41,038 nt of DNA from the NCBI GenBank assembly GCA_030770535.1, contig JASVEC010000147.1, positions 1 through 41,038 of the forward strand. Reading direction: 5' to 3'. Below are positions 11,702-23,065 of the stretch, in pieces (the stretch's first letter is position 1; every line of letters starts with the position of its first letter). The translations under genes were made by a program, and so were the position numbers. The notes under the pieces are model-generated. The model was not told where the DNA came from. It saw nothing but the letters and a program-made list of their open reading frames with translations, and did not search any database. Source of the stretch: Batkoa obscura. Lineage: Eukaryota.

Positions 11702-12072
11702 ATTATTAAATTTTTTAAACTATAAAGATAAATTATTTATATTATATTGTTTAATAGTTAAGTAATATTACAAAATAAATGAAGCTATATTATAATTATT
11801 ATAAATTGGTATTAAAATATATCATATTCTTAAAGTTCAATAAAAAGTAATATTATTTATTATCAATATTGTTTTTTATATTATTTTAACTATTAAAATT
11901 ATTAAATTAAATAATATTGTAAATATTATTATATTACGTTATATTATTCTATATAATAACTAACTCTGTTTTTAATTAGTTTTATTTAATATTTTATTTT
12001 TTTATTGAATTTAATTTAAATTTATATAATATTAACAACAGGCTTTATAATTAAAACTTAAATTAATCATTT

Positions 12073-12170
12073 GGGAGTGTTTTTTTGTGTTTAAGAATTT
12101 TACCAACAATCTTTTCACTCAAATAGCGCTTAAAAATGGAAAAAGTAATGAAGTCAAAAAAAACACCCCC
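12073..12170 (+). mobile_element. MITE family A
   Basis: 98 bp, GGGAGTGT...ACACCCCC termini, ATTT TSD. Confidence 0.92.
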
Positions 12171-12282
12171 ATTTATTGTTAATAGAATTAATATCTTTTA
12201 TTTTTATAAGTCTATTAATTATAACTTTATTTTTAGTTAGCATCCTTTAGTTTCTATTATTATTATTCTTAATAGTATAAAT

Positions 12283-12380
12283 GAGGATGTATCTTTGTGT
12301 TTAAGAATTTTACCAACAAAATTTCCGCTCAAATAGCGCTTAAAAATCGAAAAAGTGATGAAGCTAAAAAAAACACTCCC
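12283..12380 (+). mobile_element. MITE family A (a partial end follows at 12414-12443)
   Basis: 98 bp, GAGGATGT...ACACTCCC termini, AAAT/AAAC flanks. Confidence 0.9.
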
Positions 12381-12789
12381 AAACCTTGTTTTTATATTTT
12401 CTATATTAATATGGGGGATGTTTTTTTTAGCTTCGTCACTTTTAGTTAATTAAAAGGTCAAGTATGATTATCTTATTTGATTAACTGATTTTATAAATTT
12501 ATTCTAATTTACTAAACTACTTAATTATAATGAAATTAATATACGCATAATAACATAAAATGATAAACTTTTTATTTTATTAAAAAAAAGATAAAAAGAT
12601 TCAAGTGCTAGACTTTAGTAATCACCCAGTATTACCTAATGAAAAAAGATTCAAACTAAAAGTTAATATTGACTTCAAGCTCAAATGTAAAAAAAGATTT
12701 GAATTATTGTTATAGATTTCTAATTAAGTCATCTAATAAAATAAAACCTTAATTATAAAAACCTATTACGTTACACCACCAATAGTTCT

Positions 12790-13788
12790 TTACTTTGTGT
12801 TAATAAAACAGTTAAACTTCATAAATAAATTCATTAGTTTACTAGAAACTCGATTATGTAAAAGAAGTAATAAAATAGGATTAGCAATACAAAAAGAACA
12901 AATAGAAGCGAAGATAATAATTGATAGCTCATAACTTAACACAAATTCAATATTTAAGAAACTCATAATAATATAATAAACCATGATAAAAATAGCTGGT
13001 AAAATACAAATAGTATAACAAACAACGAATAAAATAGCCTTATTAAGTACTCTCTTTGATAAATTGTGATTTCTAGAATTCTGATCTATCAACTGCTTAT
13101 CAGTTTCTTCTATTGAATTCTGTTCTTCTTCAGTTAACTCTTGTTTTGATTCATTCTTATTCCCTTTATTATATGAATTTAATGAATAGGACATTAATTT
13201 TGGCTTCTTTATCATTATTGAGATGATACCTGAATAACAATAAGCTATTATACTAGTATTCAAAATTAATAAAATGGTCATAACAAAGTAATATACTGAT
13301 CCAAAAGTACCTTGGATTGGTAATGGCATACACATCATTCGTGATGGCATAAGTTGGAATTGATTATAAGTAGCTGTAAGTACAGATAATATAAAAGATA
13401 TTGATATAATAACTAAACCGCCTGACCATAAAAACCAATTACTTACATTAATTTGTTTAATAGTGAAATAACGTTCTAAAGTAAGCAATGATACACCACA
13501 ACTACTACATATTGGTATTAATGTATGAAATACTCCTAATATTTGACAAGAGTGAGTGTTGAGCATTACATTCGAATCATTTACTATTGATATGATTTCT
13601 TGTGTTAAGGCAACAATAGGTATTATAATATCGATAGTAATTGTAAATAAAATAAAACTAAATCCTAATCGAAATGATTTTTCTTTTACAAGTAGAATAA
13701 CAACTATACCAACCATGATGTTTAATATCAATGCTATGACTCCTAAAATATCCCCAATGATTTCCACTATCAATTTAGTATTGTTCAT
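12790..13788 (-). CDS. Rhodopsin-like (class A-like) 7TM G-protein-coupled receptor
   Basis: First ATG at 13788, 332 aa. Seven hydrophobic segments, Cys at the top of TM3 (SCQILG), LTLERY (DRY-type), ECL2 Cys (MMCMP), long polar ICL3, TM6 Pro (CILP) and TM7 ANP. Confidence 0.88.
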   Translation of the reverse strand: MNNTKLIVEIIGDILGVIALILNIMVGIVVILLVKEKSFRLGFSFILFTITIDIIIPIVALTQEIISIVNDSNVMLNTHSCQILGVFHTLIPICSSCGVSLLTLERYFTIKQINVSNWFLWSGGLVIISISFILSVLTATYNQFQLMPSRMMCMPLPIQGTFGSVYYFVMTILLILNTSIIAYCYSGIISIMIKKPKLMSYSLNSYNKGNKNESKQELTEEEQNSIEETDKQLIDQNSRNHNLSKRVLNKAILFVVCYTICILPAIFIMVYYIIMSFLNIEFVLSYELSIIIFASICSFCIANPILLLLLHNRVSSKLMNLFMKFNCFINTK

Positions 13789-14441
13789 TTTTAAAAGATT
13801 TAAAAGGCTTTTGAGTATCAATTTAATTCTATTTAGTTTTATTCTAACTTTTCGAGAATTATAGGTATTTAATTCTATTGGTGGATTTATTAAATCACCT
13901 TAATTCAAATCATATCAAGTGACCATTAACAAGCTTCAGAAATGAAATAATCTATTTTATTTACTAATCATATATCAACATTTCTAATAGTTATTTAATG
14001 CTCATTTTATACATAAATCGAATTCATAGCCAGTATCTCTTATAAATAAGAAGTTGAGAGTATTCAAAGATATTTATTTTAATAGCTCAACTAAATATTA
14101 TCATTTTACAAGTCCATTCAATTTAGTAAATGGGGCTGTCCTAATTGGTTTCAGAATCTACTTACAAATTAATCCAAATTTAAAATTCCAAGTTTGTGTT
14201 CAATATAACGGTTAAATCTAAAAAGCCTAAAATTAAATGTCTCTATTTAAAACTTATTTTAATTGTTTCCTTTTCTTAAATAGCTAATTTTCCTAACTAT
14301 ATATTTTATGTTAGTTCTGTTAGATATTTAACAGATATATAATATATAACTATATGATTATATAATTATATAAATACATAATTATATAAACACAGTTATT
14401 TGACTTTATTTGACTTTATTTTTTGTTGAAATAAAAATAAA

Positions 14442-15959
14442 ATGCAAACTTTCATAACTAAACTTCGAAATGGAATTTTTGAAAACTTCAATACAATAGG
14501 GAGGAGTACACAATATAAACATTGTAATTCATTTACATCAATTTTAAGAGCTACTTATAACAACCCAAGGTTCATGGAATTTTATAATAAAACAAAACAA
14601 AGAAAAGATATATTATCAAAGTTTACTATCGATAATAATAAACTTAATCAAGTAATGTATAAAATTAGTGCTTTAAGGGAAACAGGAAACAAAAGTCAGC
14701 AAGTAGCGTTATTATCAACTATAGCTTCAGTATATTCTTTTGATGAATGTAAGAGTTTTGGGTTTAATATAAATAGAAATCAATATGATTATTCAAAAAC
14801 AAGTAATAATAATAAAATATCAACATTAAAACCTATTATTAAAAATACAAAAAAAATTAAAGATGACCAAATTGAAACTATCATACAATATTTACTAAAT
14901 GATTCAACTATTTCATCAAGATTTAATAAAAAAAATAACGATAGTAAATATTCATCAGATAATATATATATATTAAATAAAAGTAGAAGAATGATATATA
15001 GTAAATATTTGAATGATCTAAGAGATAAAGCAGTAGCCAGGTCAACGTTCTTTAAATATATACCAACTAATTTCAAAAATCCAGCAAGAAAAACGGATCT
15101 ATGTAATATATGTACCCAGTATACAGTTAGAAAAAAGTTATTTGAAAATAAAATAAATACAGCAAAAAACAAAGCAGAGATAGAAGAAATTTTCAACGAA
15201 GAAGAAAAATTATACAAATTACATAAATTCTGTGTTGATACTCAAAAAAACACATTTAATGAAACTATCAAAAAATTAAATAACAAAAGTTGTATAATAG
15301 TTTTAGATTTTAAACAAAATATGGAAATAGGGACAAGACCAGATTCAATAAATTTAGATCATTATAATAAACAAGCTATATCAGTATTAGGCTTTGGTGT
15401 ATTATATTTAAAAGATGATAAAACAATAGGCAAAGTTTACTTTGATTATTTATCTGAAATATTGAATCATGATTCAGCATATGCAGGAGATTGTTTAATC
15501 GATTTAATCTCTACAGAGCTTCTATTTAAAAAGTTTACAAAAATTAATATATGGGCAGATACAGGAAATCATTTTAGATCCCAAGAGTTCTTACATTATA
15601 TGTTTAAAGAAATTCATAAAATAAATAGTAGTTTGAATGTTAATCTTAATTTTTTTGCTGAGCATCATGGAAAAAGTATAGTTGATGGACATTTTGGAAA
15701 CCTTTCAAAATGGAAAAGTAGTTTTGAAGCGTTAGGTAAAATAGAAGATATCGATCAATTAATTTCAAGATTTGAGGCTTTTATTTGCGAGCATAATAAA
15801 ATTAATAACTCGACTGTTAATAATGGGAAAACAGATATAATTTTTAAAAAGTATAAAAGAAACAAAAATACAACAAAAAGAGTCATGATGCTCAGCAAAA
15901 AAATTAAGATTGACATTCAAACTACTATATTTTATGAATTTCTTAAACATATAGTGTAA
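14442..15959 (+). CDS. Sola-like DDD transposase, C-terminally truncated at the foldback junction
   Basis: DLCNIC...H putative zinc motif, LDFKQN, WADTGNHFRS and FFAEHHGKSIVDGHFG resemble Sola2-type DFxEN / SDG / HGKxxxDG motifs. Homology to the second copy stops at about 15881; the last ~25 aa are read from the inverted arm. Confidence 0.8.
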   Translation: MQTFITKLRNGIFENFNTIGRSTQYKHCNSFTSILRATYNNPRFMEFYNKTKQRKDILSKFTIDNNKLNQVMYKISALRETGNKSQQVALLSTIASVYSFDECKSFGFNINRNQYDYSKTSNNNKISTLKPIIKNTKKIKDDQIETIIQYLLNDSTISSRFNKKNNDSKYSSDNIYILNKSRRMIYSKYLNDLRDKAVARSTFFKYIPTNFKNPARKTDLCNICTQYTVRKKLFENKINTAKNKAEIEEIFNEEEKLYKLHKFCVDTQKNTFNETIKKLNNKSCIIVLDFKQNMEIGTRPDSINLDHYNKQAISVLGFGVLYLKDDKTIGKVYFDYLSEILNHDSAYAGDCLIDLISTELLFKKFTKINIWADTGNHFRSQEFLHYMFKEIHKINSSLNVNLNFFAEHHGKSIVDGHFGNLSKWKSSFEALGKIEDIDQLISRFEAFICEHNKINNSTVNNGKTDIIFKKYKRNKNTTKRVMMLSKKIKIDIQTTIFYEFLKHIV

Positions 15960-17091
15960 AACTCTTGGGATCTAAAATGATTTCCTGTATATGCCCAGAA
16001 TATTAATTTTTGTAAACTTTTTAAATAGAAGCTCTGTAGAAGATTAAATCGATTAAACAATCTCCTGCATACTGAATCATGATTCAATATTTCAGATAAG
16101 TAATCAAAGTAAACTTTGCCTATTGTTTTAATCATCTTTTAAATATAATACACCAAAACCAATACTGATATAGCTTGTTTATTATAATGATCTAGATTTA
16201 TTGAATCTGGTCTTGTCCCTATTTCCATATTTTTGTTAAAATCTAAAACTATTATACAACTTTTGTTATTTAATTTTTTGATAGTTTCATTAAATGTGTT
16301 TTTTTTGAGTATCAACACAGATTTATGTAATTTGTATAATTTTTCTTCTTCGTTGAAAATTTCTTGTATCTCTGCTTTGTTTTTGCTGTATTTATTTTAT
16401 TTTCAAATAACTTTTTCTAACTGTATACTGGGTACATATATTACATAGATCCGTTTTTCTGTGGATTTTTGAAATTAGTTGTTATATTTAAAGAACGTGA
16501 CCTAGCTACTGCTTTATCTCTTAGATCATTCAAATATTTACTATATATCATTCTTCTACTTTTATTTAATATATATATATTTTCTGATGAATATTTACTA
16601 TCGTTATTTTTTTTTTTTAAATCTTGATGAAATAGTTGAATCATTTGTAAAAATTGTATATAGTTTCAATTTGGTCATCTTTAATTTTTTTTGTATTTTT
16701 AATAATAGGTTGTAATGTTGATATTTTATTATTTTACTTGTTTTTGAATAATCATATTGATTTCTATTTATAATTAAACCCAAAACTCTTACATTCATCA
16801 AAAGAATATACTGAATCTATAGTTGATAATAACGTACTTTATGTTTATTTTCCTGTTTTTACCTTAAAGCACTAATTTTATACTTACTTGATTAAGTTTA
16901 TTATTATCGATAGAAACTTTGATAATATATCTTTTCTTGTTTGTTTTATTATAAAATTCCATAAACCTGGGTTGTTAATAAGTAGCTCTTAAAATTGAGT
17001 AAATGAATTACAAGTTTATATTGTGTACTCCTCCCTATTGTATTGAAGTTTTCAAAATTCCATTTCGAAGTTTAGTTATGAAAGTTTTCAT
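15884..17091 (-). pseudogene. Inverted, frameshifted copy of the 5' part of the transposase gene
   Basis: Short minus-strand ORFs carry KTIGKVYFDYLSEILNHDS, KNNDSKYSSENIYILNKSRR and NRNQYDYSKTS. Many 1-nt indels relative to the left arm. Confidence 0.9.
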
Positions 17092-17361
17092 TATTTATTT
17101 TTCAACAAAAAATAAAGTCAAATAACTGTATTTATATAATTATATAATCATTTAGTTATATATTATATATCTGTTAAATATCTAACAGAACTAACATAAA
17201 ATATATAGTTAGGAAAATTAGCTATTCAAGAAAAGGAAACAATTAAAATAAGTTTTAAATAGAGACATTTAATTTTAGGCTTTTTAGATTTAACCGTTAT
17301 ATTGAACACAAACTTGAATTTTAAATTTGGATTAATTTCTAAGTAGATTCTGAAAAAAATT

Positions 17362-17500
17362 AGGACAGCCCCAAATAATAAAAATCTCAGAATGTAAATA
17401 AAGTTTAAAATATAATTTAGGACAGCCCCAAATAGGACAGCCCCAAATAATAAAAATCTCAGAATGTAAATAAAGTTTAAATAAAGTTTAAAATATAATT
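17362..17500 (+). repeat. Tandem reiteration of the transposon end plus flank
   Basis: AGGACAGCCCCAAAT occurs at 17362, 17419 and 17434. AATAAAAATCTCAGAATGTAAATAAAGTTT occurs twice. Confidence 0.9.
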
Positions 17501-17780
17501 ATAATAAAACATTGTACTTTAAATAAAAATAGCTGTTTGTACAGCATTATAATTTTAAATGAAGCTGATGGTTATATGCTTTGAATTATATATATAAAAC
17601 AAACTATAATTCATAAATATAATATACAATTATTTATTATTAGCTTAGTTGAATAAGTGCAATAGATATTTGAATTAAAATATTGGAATATTAAAGCAAT
17701 AATAAGAAACTGCTTTATTTAACTCAAGTAAAATATTGCTAACTATTTAAATTTTTAGCTTTTTAAATTTGTTTTTAAAT

Positions 17781-17865
17781 GGGGATGTTTTTTTGATTTC
17801 ATTATTTTTCTATTTTTTAAGCATTATTTGAATGGAAAAATAACGAAATCAAAAAAAACATTCCC
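17781..17865. mobile_element. MITE family A variant with the same end type on both sides
   Basis: GGGGATGTTTTTTTGATTTC ... GAAATCAAAAAAAACATTCCC, AAAT TSD; lacks the GTGTTTAAGAATT end. Confidence 0.8.
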
Positions 17866-18235
17866 AAATATTAACTAAAAAAAATTTAGAAACTAAATTA
17901 AACTTTTTATTAAAAAAATAAAAAAAGCTGTGTTAAATTTTATAATATACCAAGCATTTTTTAAAATGTGTTAAATAAAGCTTATTTGAAAACATAAAAG
18001 CAATGAAATATAGTTGATATTAAAATTAAGTAAAAACGTAAATATTTTTAAATAAGTACTAATGCAAAATGTTCACAATTAAATTTTTGGTTAAGTGCTA
18101 AATATCCAAAAATCATTAAATTAATTTGATTTCTATTTTGTATGAAGAGAAGAATATTAATTAAAATTCTGTTTATATTTTAATAAAGCAAATTGTAAAT
18201 AGCAAATTAATTAAGCTTATCGCTTTTATTAAAAA

Positions 18236-19215
18236 ATGGTTCAAGTAGTAGAAATTGTTGGTAATCCTTTGGTAGTGATTGTATTGTTAATTGATATCCT
18301 AGTGGGTGTATTAATGCTTTTACTTAGGATGGATAGATCATTATCATCAGGCTTAAACTCTATGATATTGACGATTTTACTTAATATAGTTACTTCTATA
18401 TGATGAGTTCAAGGAATTCTATCCTTGTCAAAAAGTTGTAACATTATTCTTGATACATATTTATGTCAAGTCCTTCAAATATTTCATACTTTGGTATCAG
18501 TATGTAGTAGTTCTGGTATTACACTGCTTTCTCTAGAGCGCTGTTTTACTATCAACCAACACTGTATACATAAGTGGGTATTGTGTGCCATTGGAATTGT
18601 TATTATGATGATATTGTTTACATTGCGCTACCTACTCCTTACTACAATGAATTCACCATGACTGAATCTAGGGCAATATGTACACTCTTACCTAACTGTG
18701 GATTTATTGGCAAAGTGTATCACTTTTTTACGATGCTTAGCTTCATGCTCAACACAATAATAATTTGTGTATATTATTTCAAAATTATGTTAGTACTAAG
18801 GAATTGCAGAATTTTAAAGAGTAACCCCATAGTTACTCTAAATAATACATATAATAGTGAAAATAATCCTGATAGTAGCAGTAGCCTACTTAGTACTATT
18901 CACTTTGATAAAAAAGCTAATTATGAAAGAATTAAAGTCCCCACAGGAATATTACTAATAAAAGCGACTATATTTATCCTATATTGTATCAGTTGCGGTT
19001 CCCCTGCTATTTTTACAATGAACTACTATCCCATAATGATACCCATTGATTGAGATTTTAGGTTGAGGTATTATTTTTCAATTACTATTTTTGTACCTCT
19101 CTGCTCTTTTATTCTAGCCAACCCTATGCTTATATTACCACTTCATGATAAGGTTTATGGAAAGCTAATTAATTTACTATTCTCCAAAATCAGTAACACA
19201 AAGAAAATAATCTAA
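18236..19215 (+). pseudogene. GPCR pseudogene, divergently oriented paralog of 12790-13788
   Basis: MVQVVEIVG...CQVLQIFHTL...LSLERC...SRAIC...ANPMLILPLH aligns over the full length of the intact GPCR. In-frame TGA at 18401, 18404 and 19051, and a frameshift near 18625. Confidence 0.88.
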
Positions 19216-19449
19216 CTTCCATTAAAGGTCACTAAGATATTATCCTTCATCAGTTTTTGCTATGTTCAATCTTTCTATTTAATAAAAATGTATTGATTAG
19301 AATAATAGAATATTTTTTATAAAACTCTGGTTAATTAATTGAAATTTATATATCTTGAATCACCATATGCGTTTGTTTGGGATGATTTGCTAGAGGTAAG
19401 ATGACTAACTACTCTTACTTGAATGCTTTACTGAAATACAGCGTTGACC

Positions 19450-19830
19450 TAGAGGATAAGAACGTGAAAATTTAAAAACTCGTATAGTAGCTTACAACTT
19501 TATCGATATATTTATTTGAGCTGATTCTTCTTCGAATCAACTGATATAAACACTAACTCTTCTACTTCAGAGTATTAATTTGAAAGTCATTCTCCTCATC
19601 TATGCCAAAAAATAACAATATATAGATAACTTACGTTATAGAAACTCTTAAATCTAGACTGGTATTTCACAACAAAAATTGAAGGACTCTCTATCTTTTA
19701 AACCTTGAAGCTCGAATGTTAAGTGCAAGTAATGAGGCTTAAAAAGGGTGTTTAAATAGTTTATAATAATAACTTATAACTTAAAAAATTGGTTCAATTT
19801 TACATCAAGTTATTTAGTGTCAATTTGTAT
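19450..19830 (+). pseudogene. Possible decayed non-LTR reverse transcriptase fragment
   Basis: LSIYLFELIL (about 19499) followed by LLIYAKN (about 19591) loosely recalls the LSPLLF...LxYADD motifs; no ORF remains. Confidence 0.2.
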
Positions 19831-20718
19831 TAAGTTTCTCTTTTTAGATAATCTATGTTTTATTTGTTAAAGTATCTTGTAAATATACCATTCATCAACT
19901 TAAATTTACTTAGAAAACAACATTAATAAATCATGATATCCAATATCATTATAACACTAACAGTAAACTATTCAACAAATCAATGCAAAAAACTATATTT
20001 AAAATCCTTAAATTGTTTATTAATTTTTTTGTTTTTTTTTCCAATTAAACTATATTATTAAAGCTTACTATGCTCCCACAACAAACCCACCACATATTTT
20101 AATAAACCTATGCATAATGGAATTAGTTTATTATCGCTGTTTTTAAACTGAAACAAATGTCTTTACTTTTTAGTTTATAATACACTATTTTTAGACAAGT
20201 TGACCTATCTTAGTGAAACGTCAGTTGAACAAGCTCCAATTGCCTCTTATTTAAAGCAGCTATGTGTATTTATTGAAGGGTTATGGGAATCAAACATACT
20301 TGTAGAAGGACAACTTATCTACATATAGTTCAATTATTACTATATAACTGTGATCATTAGATAGTGAATACTATTGTCATCTTTAAAAAATAGCCCCTTT
20401 GCTTTTCATACATTAGAGATAACAGGGGTGCATATATAAATTCAACCTATCCTTGTGGTTTCAGTTTCATTAAAGGAAATTTCATACCATATAATGACAA
20501 ATCGTTTAACAGTGGAAAATACCATATTTTGATCAAAAACCACGTTTAATTTCTGTGGAATACGGAATTTGTTTTTATGTAGCCACTTTTAAATTTTAGG
20601 GCCTTGCCTACTTTATATTAGCAATTATTTATACCATTGTAACTTATGAATAATATTAATAGTCCTGCTTTTTTAACAAAATATTTAGTTTATTGTAAGT
20701 AAATAAAAAATAATTAAT

Positions 20719-21372
20719 TTAACAGTCGGTCATGTTCTTTAAGGGTGGATTAAGTATGCTATTAATTGCAGTTAATGGGTTTGGGCATGATTTTGGGGAT
20801 GGAGTAAAACTAACTGTATTATACATATCACCATTATCATGTTTCACACTACCATTGATATCATTGTCATCATTTAATACATTAATAGTGCCAAAATTAT
20901 TGCCATTCAAAGTGACAACTTTACCATAATGTTTTGATTTAGTACGATAGTCTTTAATATAGCCAAAGTCATTGATAATTTCATAGACGCTTGGGTTTAA
21001 GTTTAGTTCCGAAGGTACAGTCAAGCAATCAGTTCTATTCAAATAGAAATAATTTATGATACAAATAGTTTGATTTTTATAATACAATTTAATGCTCTTT
21101 TTACATAACACATCATTTAATATATAATTAAGCTCTCCTTTTTCTTTTTTCTCATAATAAATAAAAAAACCTTGTTTAAAATTGGATGTACTCCATCTCT
21201 TGTCATCTGTCCATCTCCTTATTTTACTGTTTGTTACTGAGTAAATAACTGTTTTTCCATGATATATTTTCGTCCTTATTCTTTCTTTTTCAGTTGATAT
21301 CATTCCCTTTATACTTGCTGATGCAAGCAAGATCGCTTCTTCAATGGTTGGTATATAGCCTATAAATTCCAT
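20719..21372 (-). CDS. Gti1/Pac2 (WOPR) family transcription factor
   Basis: FIGYIPTIEEAILL...IYHGKTVIY...IRRWTDDKRWSTS...GFFIYYE...LCKKSI...IINYF matches the WOPRa/WOPRb pattern. Confidence 0.88.
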   Translation of the reverse strand: MEFIGYIPTIEEAILLASASIKGMISTEKERIRTKIYHGKTVIYSVTNSKIRRWTDDKRWSTSNFKQGFFIYYEKKEKGELNYILNDVLCKKSIKLYYKNQTICIINYFYLNRTDCLTVPSELNLNPSVYEIINDFGYIKDYRTKSKHYGKVVTLNGNNFGTINVLNDDNDINGSVKHDNGDMYNTVSFTPSPKSCPNPLTAINSILNPPLKNMTDC

Positions 21373-21973
21373 TAATTTTTACAAAAAAGAAAGATTCGTT
21401 TTTCTCTATTTATATAGTTATTCATGCCACATTCAAGTTCCATTGAAAATTAATAAAACTGAATACTCTAAAATCTAGAATTCAATTTTAACAAAATTGG
21501 GAAAAATTAAAGTTAAACTTGTTGAAATGCTAAATTCGTATTACTTAATTATCTTTATAAACCTCATTATTTTATTTTATTCATTTTATTGTATTATATT
21601 GTTGTACATATTATATCTGTAATTGAAATAAGTGGTCCATCTATATATAATTAACCTTACGCAAATACGGAATAAATTCAATTTAACCTTTTAAAGTACC
21701 AAATCCTTAAAATAAGCTATCCTTGCTAGTAAGTACTGATCCTATAAAAAATCTGAATTCTTTTCATTTATTTATATTTTAATAAATATAATTTAACTGC
21801 TAAAGTTATTGTAAGATAACATTTTCTCCAAAGATAAGATAATTACCACCCATTTTGAACTTAAAATTCAAAACATTAAATTGATAAATAAAGTAATCTC
21901 CATCTCGGCACAATTTTAATTCATATAAAATTTAGAATCAATAAAACAACCTGCTTGAAAATTCATAACAGAT

Positions 21974-22154
21974 TATAAGTAATTTCTAAAGTAGCCTAGC
22001 CTTTTGGGCAGATCCATTCAACTAAGGGTACAAAATCGTTATGGTTTAAATTGTACACAAAAATTAACTTTTAGATAACAAATGTGTTCCATTGTAATCA
22101 ATGGCTTTCAAATTAACTTAGCCCAAAGTTAGATTACTTTAGAAATTACCTTAT
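21974..22154. mobile_element. Small TIR element, family B
   Basis: TATAAGTAATTTCTAAAGTAGCCTAGCCTTTTGGGC / GCCCAAAGTTAGATTACTTTAGAAATTACCTTATA inverted ends. Confidence 0.7.
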
Positions 22155-22545
22155 AATGCAACCTATATAGCTATTTAAGAAAATGTGCAGTTTTTTTGGA
22201 AGATTTCTTCAGTAACTATTTATATATTTTTTAAAAAGCTAGTTCCTTAGGCTTTAACAAAATTTGTGCCTAAAGTTATAGTTTTAAATACATAAATAGA
22301 CAGTACACACTTGAAATTGAACTTCTAGTAACCCTGATTTAACCCTGAAAAAGCCATAAGTATGAAACAATAGCACATTAGAAGAATGGAAAAACCAACT
22401 TAAATCCGAACTATGTCATTTTGGAGCAATGAAACTTTATATATAACTTAGCGATTTAAAATCTACTTTCAAAATATATGTCAAGTATAATTAAATAGAC
22501 AAAACATGATAGAAATATAGCCTAACAGAAATGCTGCACGTGATC

Positions 22546-22618
22546 GTTTTCTTGGCTCAGTTGACGGAGTATCCGCCTAGAAAACGAAAGCCCATTAGTT
22601 CAATTCCAATAAAAGCCA
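22546..22618 (+). pseudogene. tRNA-Thr-derived pseudogene
   Basis: Ungapped 73-nt match to 803-875 with 16 substitutions that disrupt the acceptor, anticodon and T arms. Shares the upstream CA(C/T)GTGATC. Confidence 0.88.
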
Positions 22619-22729
22619 TAATGAATCTTTATGTGGTCTGAATTAGAAGTGTTTATTTATTTCTATCAAAAAACACCTACTATTTCTTTAACTTTCAGTA
22701 AAGAATGAGCGTCTTTTGTAGTGCAGTAA

Positions 22730-23065
22730 CAAGTAATCAACTGCAATTACAAAGCTAATTTTTATAAAATTAGGCATAATTATTAGAAAAAACAAATTAC
22801 GATCAAAAAATACTATTGATTGGATTAACATAGATAGTTTTTCACTACAGTATTAGTTTTTGATATTCTGAATAGTTATTGTAAATCAACAATAAAGTGG
22901 CCCCGACCCTTTCTTATTGGTTATTGTGGAATACAAATATTTTCTTTTTTTGTAGTGCAAATAAAATCAACTATTTTAGACAAAAATAATCCTTTATTAA
23001 AAATTTTAAAAAATTGCTACTATAGCCTATGACCTATTTTTTGCAAAACCAAAAAGGTTAGTTTA
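22730..23065 (+). repeat. Diverged copy of the interior of the family B element at 7816-8221
   Basis: Colinear matches such as GTAATCAACTGCAATTAC vs GTAATTAACTGCAACTAT, TTCACTACAGTATTAGTTTT vs TTCACTATAGTGTTAGTTTT, and CCTATGACCTATTTT vs CCTATGGCCTATTTT. Confidence 0.7.

Larger units (their letters stand above)
14132..17372. mobile_element. Foldback (palindromic) derivative of a Sola-like DNA transposon: two left halves in inverted orientation
   Basis: GGGGCTGTCCTAATT at 14132 and AATTAGGACAGCCCC ending at 17372, with AAAT directly repeated outside both ends. 15884-17372 is the reverse complement of 14132-15669; the unpaired loop is 15670-15883. Confidence 0.9.

Noticed and set aside
14789..15217. 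Antisense and shadow ORFs (also 2249-2455, 8794-8994, 13556-13864, 20732-20929, 24754-24990, 38213-38677)
   Set aside because: They overlap better-supported genes on the opposite strand and have no recognisable motifs.
18401..19053. Three in-frame TGA codons suggesting selenocysteine or a TGA-reassigned code
   Set aside because: The same gene also has a frameshift, the aligned paralog residues are not Cys or Trp, and TGA terminates the intact UGT at 8714.
22546..22618. Repeat-induced point mutation signature
   Set aside because: Too few sites, no consistent dinucleotide context, and long identical repeats persist unmutated in the window. General AT-biased decay is sufficient.
22546..23065. 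tRNA-derived SINE (pseudo-tRNA head followed by a repeat)
   Set aside because: The downstream repeat's other copy (7860-8190) has no tRNA head and sits within TIRs; no tail or TSD is evident.
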